Source: Octopus bimaculoides (taxonomy: Eukaryota). Taken from it: 64,000 nucleotides of DNA. The position numbers and the translations under genes were made by a program. The stretch is taken from contig NC_068990.1 of the NCBI RefSeq assembly GCF_001194135.2, positions 88,489,180-88,553,179 on the forward strand. The letters are read 5' to 3'. Positions 13,496 to 26,000 of this stretch are shown in pieces (within the stretch, counting starts at the first letter, position 1; the number at the start of each line of letters is the position of its first letter). Below the pieces are notes generated by a model. It had not been told where the DNA came from. It worked only from the letters and a program-made list of their open reading frames with translations, and did not search any database.

Positions 13496-16313
13496 CTGTC
13501 TCTCTCTCTCTCTCTCTCTATATGTATATATATATACATATATATCGTAAGCCAAGTAAGATCGTTGCCAGTGCCCCTGGACTGGCTCTTGTGCGGGTGG
13601 CACATGAGATGCACCATTTTGAGCGTGGCCGTTGCCAGTACCGCCTGACTGGCTCCCATAGGATTTTCGAGTGAGATCGTTGCCAGTGCCCCTGGACTGG
13701 CTTGTGCGGGTGGCACATAAAAGACACCATTTTGAGCGTGGCCGTTTTCATGCGGGTGACACGTAAAAGCACCCACTACACTCTCTGAGTGGTTGGCGTT
13801 AGGAAGGGCATCCAGCTGTAGAAACTCTGCCAAATTAGATTGGAGCCTGGTGTTGCCATCCGGTTTCACCAGTCCTCAGTCAAATCGTCCAACCCATGCT
13901 AGCATGGAAAGCGGACGTTAAACAATGATGATGATGATGATGATATATTGTCAGTAAATCATAAATCCAAAAGAGAAGCACACTCTTTGCTCTTGAGCTA
14001 GAGTATTTAGGTAAAGATAGTTATGACTGATTTATAGGGTTATCCAGGGTGTCACATCCATAAAGCACTTAGCTTTATGTCTCATCAGACTGTAATAGTT
14101 GACCAAAACTATCTTTATCTAAATATGTGTGTGTGTGTGTGTGTGTGTAAAAGTTGGGAAAATGGAGAGTTGGTAAAGATGTAAATTGATTTAACATAGT
14201 TCTGAGGTAAAAACTGAATACAAATAAATTTTAAAAAAAGACTATGTACATTTCGATTCCAGCCCACAGATAAATGCAAAATTTCAAGAACTGGATTAAA
14301 TCCAATGATGAGAATTATCATTTTGAAAAATATAGGGTAGAATCTCTTCAGAGATTTTTGTTTTTTGTTTGTTTAAAAGATGAAGGTTACATGCTTATGA
14401 AAGGGATTAAATTAATACACTAAGGAAGAAAGGAAATATCTATCTTACATATAGAGTGTAGGTATATGTTAAGAATATCATACAAATAAACAAAAAATAT
14501 AAAAGTATAAAAATAAGAATAAAGATAAAATAATTAAAAATAAAGATATTAAAAATAATACATAAAAAGTATTAGCAAATTGAAATAAAGATGTATTATA
14601 ATCACAATGATAAAATAAAAACAAATAGTAAGAAATATGTAATACAAATAAATATAAATAAAACTGTCATCTATTTAAATTTTTAGTCCTTTACATAGTC
14701 AATGTAAACTCTTGACCAAAGTGTCAGTAGCCATAAAATCCTATTGAATCAAATTTATTTATTTATATATAATAGTGTGTACTCAAGTTTGAATTGTATA
14801 GTCATTAAGAAATGCATCATTTCATATTTATATATATATACTCAGATAGACTATTAGTGTATGTATGTGTGTTTGTTTGTATTACAGCTATACGTACTTA
14901 TGTAGGAGTGCGTTTGCCTTTATATAAATGTGAAAATATTCTTATATACTTATATATATGTCATTCTGTAATTTGAGACACTAGGATATTTTCCTACTTT
15001 TCTTAACATGAATCCAATGGTAGCCTTAATTTACAAATAAAGAAATTATATATCCGCCAATGTGGTGTTGAGCACTCATTTCATCATTCAATATTTATAT
15101 ATATATATGTAGAATATGAGGATTTTAGATCACTGTTTAGATTCCTCTAATATATATGTATCTATATATATGTGTGTATATATATAACAAAAGGATGTGC
15201 TATAATACTATTCCACAGCCATACCAACAATCCAATAATACTGTTGCACATATACAAAAACAGCCATACCAACAATCCAAAATACCTCCATCATCAGCTG
15301 CCCCATGAATATGATTATGGTTTCGATACCTGAGCAGTACCATTCAATCCAGCGGTGTCAACAGCACTAAAATAAGTGTTGTTTGGGAACAAACAAACCA
15401 AGGAAACCACAACTTTCAAACACATTTACCTTATGTAATTAAATTCAATAAGTAAATTACAACCAACTCCTAAATAGGTAACTAAACAGCAACAAATCTA
15501 TTAAGTCATACAAAAATTATAATCCCTACCATCTTCCATAACACGTGTGTGTGTATAGGTGGTATCAAAAGATTCCTGGACTAGCTATGTTTAATAAAAA
15601 ATAATTTATTTACCTAAGTTTTAACATCTCCTTTAAAATAGTCACCTTGTGCAGCAATACACTGATCCCAGTGTTTCAGCCATTTTTGGAATCCAGCCTG
15701 GAAGTCATCTTCTGCAAATGAGCCAAGGACCTTCTGCAATTCACTCTGGATCTCTTCAACAGTGTTAAAGCAGCAATTATTGAGTTGCATTTTCCTCCTG
15801 GGGAAGAGATGGAAGTCCACAGGTGGAATAGGGTGGGTGCAAAAGCAATATCATGTTGGTTTTGGTGAGGAACTCATGAGTGAGGAGATCTCAGTGAAGA
15901 ATCCAATTCTTTGGTGCTTCACAGATCCAGCCACTTTCACCAACTTGCCTCCCTCAAATGCTTCAAAACATCACAGCTGGACTCTCAATTGATAGTCTGG
16001 CCTTGGGGTATAAATTCTCGATGCACAATATCACATTTCCAGGGGATGCTCATGGCTGGTCTTCCAGGGACATTCTTCTGCTTTTGAAGCACCCATGCCA
16101 CTCGAAGCATTGTGTATAACTCATTGCCATAAGCTCGCCAAAGTATAGTAGTAAACAACCGATTATATTGGAAATAGAGTAGATGATGATAATCTACTGA
16201 GAGATCTGAACTTACTAATAGCAGTGGTACATCAAACTATACACACAAGTAACACTATCTACCTATCTGTCTATCTATCCATCTGCATGTCTGTCCATCC
16301 ATCCATTCATCTA

Positions 16314-16347
<34 letters not shown>

Positions 16348-19300
16348 GACTTCAGTTTCTTTTACTATTTCAGCTCACAGAAAAATTAACTGTGGTCCAC
16401 CAAAAGACATTACTGGTGCAAAGAAGTCCTACACTGCCACCACCTATAAAGCTGAAGTGATCTATACTTGTCCAGGAGGAGAAACATTGGAATCAGTATG
16501 TAAAGAGGATAATAAATGGACTGCAGTTGCATCTGATTGTAGAGGTAATGTAAACAGGTTCTCTCTTGTCTCTGAATTGGAAATTTTGTTGTTTTATGTA
16601 AAATGTCTTTATCAAAAGAACAACTAACTCCATGACAATTTCCATGGTGTTTGTGGCTAGTGGGAGGGAGACAGGAAGCCTCAATGGCTAGTAAAATTAT
16701 TAAGTTAATGACTTGTGGTCATGAAATTCAAAGAGCCAACTTCATAAAGATAATCACTTTTCTTTTTTCATCTCACTAAAATCATAATTTTCAGGAATTA
16801 AAATTTCTTAGCTTGCTAACATTGAGATTTGCATATCCACCTTTATTACTTATTTTATATTTATTTACTTGATGATGATACAAATGCTCTTTTAGTTTTC
16901 TAGGGCAAAGCATTACAAATTCACTAAAGTGATGGGTTTTGCCATCACTAGTTATATTTAGTTACATCCTTTTACATTCTGGGTTCAAATCCCACCTGGA
17001 TGTATTTCACCTTTCTTACTTCTGGAGTTGATAAAATAAGTATTATTCAAGTACAGAATTTCAACTGTTTTTGTGTATCCTCACTGCAAAATTTGTAGCT
17101 TGTGTTTAAGTTAGAAATATTTGATATTGTTAAGTTCAACAATAATTATAATTGTTCTTGTTATTAAAGTGACGGATTGACAGATTTATTAGAATATCAA
17201 AGAATTTTGTGGTATTTGTTCTAGCTCTTTAATTTCTGACCTCATATCCTGCTGATGTAAGCTTTGCCTTTCCTGGACCAAGAAAATAAAATACCAATCA
17301 AGTATACTGGGCAATCTAAATTACCAATTCTGACCTCAGATTTTTTTGTGGGAAATTATCATTATGGTTCTTATTTATATTTGTCTAAATTTTCCTTTAA
17401 TTCTAGATACTCAGATGTATTTTGTGAAAGTAAGTGGTGCAATTCTACATGTATCTGGGAAAATATTGTGGAACAAAAACGTAACAGCAGAAGACTGTGC
17501 AAATGAATGTTTATCTGACGAAACTTGTTTCTCATTTGAAATAAGCAGAGGAAGTGGAAAATGTTACATATCAATGAAAAGTGCAGCTTCTTCCAACAAA
17601 TTAAAACCAACCAATAAAAGAGATTACTATCAACGAATAAGACGTAATTATTCTTTGTATTTTCTTATGCGAATTAATTTTCAGCATTCTCTGATACCTG
17701 ATTCCATTTGTACTTCATATTATATAGACAACCATTTTTGTCCAAACACTGACAGGTTTATCTATAGAAGAGACATAAACATTCCAGAAATAAGCAATAT
17801 TAAGAACTATAAAAACTGTTAGGGCAATTTCATGCCAATGAATTCTAAGTTGTTATTTTGTAGATCAATTATTTGTTTACAATAAATTGTCCATTTAAAA
17901 TAAATTATGCACAGTGCAGAGTGGTTGGTGTTAGGAAGGTCATCCAGCTGTAAAATCCATGCCAAAACAGACACAATAGCCTAGGGCAGTTTTTCTACCT
18001 GGCCAGTTCCTGTAAACTGTCCTCCCATGTATGGAAGATGGACACTATATGATGATGATGATGATGATGATGATGCTATATATTTGATATGTTTGCATGA
18101 ATATAAAATGTCTTTCTCATTTTCTTTTGTTTCTTTTTTATCTAGCTGAAGATGAACTTTTTATAATAAAAAGAACTTCCATACCAGGGCAGGATACATT
18201 TGGAACGCTGAAAAATGTGAGCTTAAAGGAGTGTCATCAAGCCTGTCATCAAACTCCAGGATGTAACTCTTATGAGTACAATGAAAGAGCTCAGATCTGT
18301 GATCGAAGTAATGCAACTCACTTGACTCATGACCTTCAACCCAGCAAATGGAGCTGGGATACTTACATTGTTAACCCAAGTCAGTAGAATGTTTTCATTT
18401 TATTTTTTGTGTGTACATGTGTTTATGTTTATTTAAATATAGGTTCATGCATATGTGCAATATACAGGGTGAGTGAATAAACTGTCATCTAAATTACGCA
18501 AAAATGAAAATAGCACTGACATCTCATTTTAACAGATATATTTATCAAAATTACATAAAAATATCTTGAAATACTAAAGTGTAAATTTAGTCAATAAAAT
18601 TGCCATTGGCTTCAACCACAGCCCCCAGACAACTTCAGAATCTCCTGCAAGTCTTCTGGACAGTCTCCTTGTTTAAGTTGGTCAATGCTGCCATAATCCT
18701 TGCCTTCAGTTCGTCTTTGGAGTTACAAGGAGTTTTGTTGGTCTCTCACTCAAATGCGCCCCACACATAATAATCAAGGGGGTTGCACTCTTGGGAGTTA
18801 GGTGGCCAGATGTTAGGGGTGATGTGGTCGCAGAAATTGTCTGACAGCCATGACTGGGTTCCCCTGTTTGTGTAACATGGTGCAGAGTCCTGTTGCCAGA
18901 CATAGGGTCTTTCAGCACCCACCCTCTTGAACCAGGGGAGCACTACCTTCTCTAGGCATTTGATGTAGGCTTCTGTGTTGAGTCTGAGGCTGTGTGGGAG
19001 GATTAATGGCGGCACAACATCACCATTACTAGTAATCACTCAAAACACCATGATGTTGACTGGATGTTTGAGTTTTATCCCTCTCAGTACTTGTTTTGAG
19101 GACGCAGCAAACAAACAGCTGTTCAGCGTGTTCACCATCTAATCCTGGCAAAAAGTTTTCTCACCTGAGAAGAACCAAAGCCTGTTCTGTTCGAGGGGAT
19201 GCTTGAGTTTGTTCAAAAGCTTTATAGTGCAGTCAACTGCAGTGACAGCACACTGTTGGATATGCAGTCCAGCATCATGGTCGGTGCAGTTTTGTCAGAG

Positions 19301-22300
19301 TCCTTCACCCATGACCGTTTTGGAGAAAAATGGAAGGAATAAATAGTGTTCAGTGGGAGGTAGGGGTGCTACTATTAATAGTCCTAAGAATCTTGAGCTG
19401 GTGAAGTGAAACATGATGCTAAATATAGGCCAAGGCTGGAATAAATTTTTATGTAGATTTATTATTGATTCTAAAAATTTATTGTTCCACTCATTGCAAA
19501 GAGTATATTATTAATGCTGAGTTCTATCATGTTTGATTTATTTCTTTGGTTCTTTGTTTCTCAATTATTATAATAATTATGTATAGTGTTATGTGTTTAT
19601 TTAAATTGTTTCAATGTATTTTTCCTTATGTGAAGCCATCTCAGTGCTTTTTCCTGCCTCATGTTTATTAGATTAAATTTTGAAGTGAAAATTTGGTATA
19701 CTTCCTCAATGCACAGGTTTCATCTCTTTCCAGCTATTCTATAAGGTTTTGCTCTACTAATAATATCCCAGCTTATCAAATAGATTTTGTTACAATTTTT
19801 CAGCAACCAATTTAGCTTACTTAGACTAGTATCTATTCTTTTTGTCCCTATATCTAAAAGAATTTACATAAACTGACAAGGCAAGTTAAGTTTAGTCCTC
19901 AGCAACTGAGTAAGAGTCACTGATGAGGATTAATTAAATCCAAAATCATTGATGATCTGTCTGTATCTCACTTGTTGTAGGGAGTATATCTTCTCTCTGT
20001 TCTCACCCTCTTCCTAACATACAAGTACTCTTGATACCAATTTCTATTATCAATTCCAGTTAAAGCAAATATTAACTGTGGACTTCCAAAGGAAGTTGTT
20101 GGTGCAGTGAAGTTCTACAAAACCACCACCTATAAATCTGAAGTGACCTATACTTGTCCAAAGGGAGAGCAACTAAAGTCAACATGTGAAAAGAACAATA
20201 AATGGTCTCCAATGGTAGAAACCTGTAAAGGTAATGTAAATAGCTTTCTCTTGTCTCTGTCTATGTAATTTTGTTTTATTTTTAAGTGTCTTTGTCAGAG
20301 GAAGGCTGATTGCATGACAATTTTCATGGTGTTTATGACTGGTGGTAGAGAGAAAGGGAGTTATTTTCAGACTGCAGACCTCTCCAAATGTTTGCTGCTG
20401 AGTGAACTCTAATAATGCTACCCAAAAGCCAGGTGATGTTTTTAAATCAGATGATGGATTAAGTCAACCAAGAGCTGGAAGTGTAGAAACTTGTTCTCTC
20501 CAGCAGCCCTCTACATTGTTTGTATCCACCAAATTTTATCCATAAGGCAAAATTGCAAAGCATTCTCTAATTAGAATACAAGATATTTTTATACATGGGG
20601 ATAATCATCTTTTGCCACTTAAACACACACACTATTTATTTGATCTTCACTGTAGGTTTTTACTTATTATTTTTAGTGTATTTGTATGTCAAAGGGGTTT
20701 TTCATCACATATTCTGAGACCTCTTCAGTGACTCTGTCCCATGTGTCTCCTCTTATCCTGTCAATTCTATTTTGTTTTTCTATGGTATGTATCTCTATCT
20801 GTGCATGTGTTTCTGTCTATGTGTTTGTGTGTGTGTGCGTGTTAGTATGTATGTATGTGTCTCAGAGTTTAGTATGTGTGTTCCGTGCACATGTATATGG
20901 GTTTGTATGTTACACTGTTTATACTGGTCTTTATTTCATCTCTTTCTTATACTGTCTTAAGTATGTGTATGTGTGTCTTGTGTGCATATAATGGGTTTGT
21001 ATATTATACTGTTAGTACCCGTGTCATCTACTTATTTTCCTCATTCTGTCTTTAGTCACCAGGTTGCACAGTGTGGTGGAATGGAAGTATTATAATTCCA
21101 CTAACATTTTCTGTTGTGCCTCAGTCTATCTTCTATTACATGTCTAGCCTCCATAATCTGTCTGAGTGTCATGTTTGTTCTATGCGTTAATAAGATTCTA
21201 TCATTTAAGCTGTCAACCAAGCTTCCATGTTCTTACTGAGCATGCTGGTAGAGCACTGACAAATTTGTCTCCTGCTTGAGCTCATGCAAGTGTTTACCTA
21301 TCCACTCACCTATACTACATGCTGTCTCTCCAATGTACATCATTGACCTATTTCAGAACCAGAATGAGGAAAATCAATGAACTGACTTAGACTGAGAATC
21401 AAACCCAGATCATTGACTCACACCACTCAGTTCTATATTTATACTAAAAGACCAACAAGGGAAAAGAGTCACTTCTTGAATGGAAAACAAATAATAAGGT
21501 GGCTACTTGTTGAATGAAGATATTCTGATTAATAAAATGTTCACTCTCGTTGAATGTTAAAATTAACCTCCTTCTGTTCATAAAGTTCAAAAGCGACAAC
21601 CTTGCAAAAATAATCATCATCTTACTAAAAGTATAATTTTGATGAATTAAAATCTCTTAGTTTGTTACATTAAATTGTGAGTGCCCATATATGTATACTA
21701 ATTTATATTTATTCACTACAAATGTTAAAAGTGAAATTATTTTTGTTTACACTCTCTGAGTGGTTGGTGTTAGGAAGGGCATCCAGCTGTAGAAACTCTG
21801 CCAAATTTAGATTGGAGCCTGGTGTTGCCATCCGGTTTCACCAGTCCTCAGTCAAATCGTCCAACCCATGCTAGCATGGAAAGCGGACGTTAAACGATGA
21901 TGATGATGATGATGATGATGAGCAAAAGATTGGGAAATGAATAAAGTCATGGGTGTCAATGTGACAAGTCATACTTAGTTTCATCCTTTTAGATGTACTT
22001 CACCTTTCATATTCTGAGGTTGGTAAAACAAGCTCTATTCAAGTACTGCAATTGATTTATCTTCCTATATCCTTGTTGCAGAACGTGTGACCTCGTGTTT
22101 ATGTTAGAAACTGTTATCAATGATATTGATAACATCAACATTATTTATAATTATTTTTGTTGGTAAAGGTGGTGTATTGACAGAATCATTTGAGCATCAG
22201 ACAAAAAATATGTTGTGGTATTTTTTCTGGCTCTGCATTCAAATCCTGCTGATATTAACTTTGCCATTCCTGAGCCAATAAAATAAAATAAAATTTTTAA

Positions 22301-22975
22301 AAACCAGTCAAGTGTAGGGAGCCATTTTAATTGTCCAGTTCTGACCTCAGATATTTTACCTACTTTCTATATTAGAAATTTATGTTGTTATTGATATATT
22401 TCATTGGTCTAAATTTTATTTTAACTCAAGATCCTCAGATCCATTTTGTGAAAGTAAATGGTGCAGCTCTGGGTGTATCTGGAAAAATATTGTGGTATAA
22501 GAAAAATGTAACAGCAGAAGCCTGTGGAGAAAAATGCATGTCTGACGAAACTTGTTTATCATTTGAAATAATAAAAGAAAGTGGGAAATGTTACATATCA
22601 GAGGAAAGTGCAGCTACCTCTACAAATATGAAAACAGACAATAGCAGAGATTACTACCAACGAGTAAAACGTAATTATTTTTTGTGTTTTATTATTGGAT
22701 TTACTTTTCAGCATTCACTGATATTTTATTCCATTTATATTTCATAGTATATACACAATGACTTCTGTAAAGACGGACATAAATATTTTCCTGAAAAAGA
22801 AAATTTATATCAAGAATTGTAAATACTGTTAGGACATTCTTATACAGAATTTGTTTAACTTCAACACTCTTATGCATGCTTTTAATCATATTTATATGTA
22901 AAAACATAATGTTTTTCTTAAACCCGAGTGGTGGTGATGGTGGTGGTGGAGCTGGTGGTGGCAGTAGTGGTAGTG

Positions 22976-23011
<36 letters not shown>

Positions 23012-26000
23012 ACAGTAGCAACAGCTTTTTCTTCATTTTTCCATGTTGGCATAGCTTAGACAGTGCTGTTACAGCACACTATCACACCACTATTGCTCTC
23101 CTACATAATCCAACATACAAAAGAACAGTAAAAGTAATGCGGATCTATGTAGCCATGTAAATCTTACGTTTTATCATGGCTGTTATAGCAAGATACCCTT
23201 CAAAACCCCAAATGTCAGATGAAGAGTACATTTTCCCATGAAACTAGAATTATAGAAATTGTCTGCTGGAACTAACAATTCTTCTCTACCTAAAATAAGT
23301 TCCTCTTCAGAATAGCTCCAGAATATCAAGATCTAAACAGCCAGCAAATTCACTCATATTTATTTCAAGATTTTATCCTTTTCTGTTGAAATCCTTCCTT
23401 CTTGAAATCTTAAACTAGATTTAGTGATCTCACTATTAGAATACTCATGAATGTGAGAATATAATTGCTATCATGATGAATCTTTCTGACTCAAAAAGAA
23501 AGGTCAGCCATTTCTCTGTATATCTACAACAAAAGTCAATTGGGATAAAGTTGTAGACTTCACTGCATTGCTTATCTTGGACACCCTCAAGAAGTTTAGT
23601 TATATTCATAGATCAAATTTATACAGAGAAAATAGCCTGGCAATTTCAATAATATGAATTGCCATGCCATGAATAGATTTAGGAAGTAATTTGCATGAAT
23701 TTTCTAGTTGTGATTTAAATATAACAATTACTATCATCTAACTACATTTCAATTTGATACCTGTTAAACAGAAATTATTTTTGTTTAATGAAAATTCAAT
23801 AAAATCTAATCATATGTAAGTGAAATTATGCTAAATACAACTAAATTGAAGACCTTTTTCCCCTGGCCAGATCGGCAATTCTGAAAACTTTTGGGTGCAA
23901 ATTTTACATAAGTAGAAGCTTTTTTTAACAATTTTTATCCTGAAAATCACCTGCATAAATTACTTAGGTGTGCAACTTACATGGGTTTTTACGATAATAT
24001 TTTTAAAAAAAGAATATTTTTAAAGTGCAAAAATATTTTAATTTCGTTATTTTTTATTTTCAATAGAAGTAACAAGTAATAACAAATAGAATAACTTGTA
24101 ATAAAATTTTTAGTTTTAATAAAAGCTAATATTTTCTAAATCTAAATATTTTATTTGAAATTTTATCCTTAGCTGCAATATTTTAAGAAAAAATTTTCTT
24201 GTTCTGTACTTTACCAGACGTAATAACTTGTCCTGAATTTTTGCAAGTGTAATAACTTGTCCTGTACTTTTCCAAGTGTAATAACTTGTCCTGTACTTTT
24301 CCAGGTCGATAATCTAAGAATATTATTTCTCTTGCTCGCATTTTTCCATGTAATTTAACATGGTACATGTGATGTGTGTTTGTGATTGGATGGTTGGTTG
24401 AATATAACATATGTTTCTTGTTTTTTACTTCTTTTCTAGCCGATGTTAAGCCTGTGATGCTGAAAAGAATTAGCTTACCAGAAGAGGATACTTTAAAACA
24501 GTTTGAGAATATGGATTTAAATGAGTGTAATAAGGCTTGTTATCAATCTCGAAGATGTAATTCTTACCAGTACAATCAGGAAGATAAAACATGTCGGCTC
24601 AATAAAGTGACTCAGTTGACTGAGAAACTTAAACCCAACAATGGAAATCAGGATGCTTACTTCCTTGCTCCAGGTCAGTAGAGTATTTCCATCTTATTGT
24701 GTGCATTTATACATACAAACATACATATATATTTTTTAAGTGCAAGTGTATGTGGTTATATATGTATGTTTAACCCACAGGCAATGTCATTCATATATAA
24801 TAATAATAAAAAAGTGTAATTTTCTATGAGAAATAACTCAACTTTTAGGTCAACAACTCTCCCACTCTATATATATCACCATCAAACTATCTTTCTCTCT
24901 ATATTTACCTTACTCTTTGACACCCATTCTCTTGTGTATGTATTAACTCTTACACATAACTTACATTTTGTTTAAAACCTCTTCTAATGCTTACTTCCAT
25001 TTTATCGCAGCTATCCTGTACAAAGTCCTTTCTGATTGGGTAACAATTATCAAAATTCCACCTATTCCTTTCTAATTTCTCTTTGCTATTTGCTCTCTGT
25101 CTACTTCCCTTTCAACATACTTATAAAATGCCTTACCATCTATAAACTTCAGGCATTTGATCTCCACAGTATCTTCTACATTTGCTCTCTGATCCTATAT
25201 CATTACCTTTATTACTATGAAGAATGCTAGTAATCAAACAGTTATATTGAAGTAGACTAGATGATGATAACCTATGTTTAGCTCCTAAACTCAACAGTAG
25301 CAGTCGTACATTTAAGTATACATGCAGGTTATATCATGTGTGTGTGTACATGTGTGCAAAATGTCTTCAATTTGTTTCAGTCAACATCTTTTATTTTGAA
25401 TTTGTCATTATCTCCTCATTCTCAATTTCCTCCTGTTGTGTACTCAAAATTGATATAAATTCTTCTTTTCACTTTCAGCTTTTAAAAATATTAACTGTGG
25501 ACCACCAAAAAGAGTTGCTAATGCCTTAAAATCCTTCAAAACCACCACCTATAATTCTGAAGTGATCTACACTTGCCCAGGGGGAAATGAATTGAAGGCA
25601 ACATGTAAAGAGGACAATCAATGGGTTCCGAAAGTGTCTTCTTGTAAAGGTAATATAAATAGACTCTCTCTTTTTTTACTCTCTGCCTAGGTAATTTTGT
25701 TTTATTTTTAGGGATTGACCAAGGAGACAAGTCCCAATTGCCAGACCTTTCAACCTTTTTCATCACACAACCTTTTTTGCTATAGGGTTAGGGTTTAATG
25801 AACTTGAATGATAGCTAGATCTGTCCCACACACAATAGCAGCAGCTTGACGTAAATCTTACAAATCAATAATGCCTGGACACTGAAGAAGTACATGTAAA
25901 ATTAATTTGTTCCACTGTGAATATCTTAAACAGCACTGTCTGATAGCACTTCTATGACTAGATTTTAATTTTGGTTTCATAGAACCGTTTAATAGCACTA

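Noticed and set aside
11887-13869. Long Cys/Val/Tyr/Ile- or Arg/Glu-rich ORFs here and at 9698, 20686, 46540-47961 and 51155-51923
   Set aside because: They are translations of microsatellites, N gaps or repeat UTRs and carry no domain signal.
14040-14100. Minus-strand CTGATGA followed by a cataaagc/gctttatg stem
   Set aside because: No GAAA after stem II and no stem I; at best a dead relic.
19914-19960. CTGATGA-GGAT-taattaa-ATCC hammerhead-like motif
   Set aside because: GAAA is replaced by AAAA, and there is no valid NUH triplet or stem I.
24198-24305. CRISPR-like 29-bp repeats
   Set aside because: Head-to-tail with no spacers, eukaryotic intron context and no cas genes; a minisatellite.
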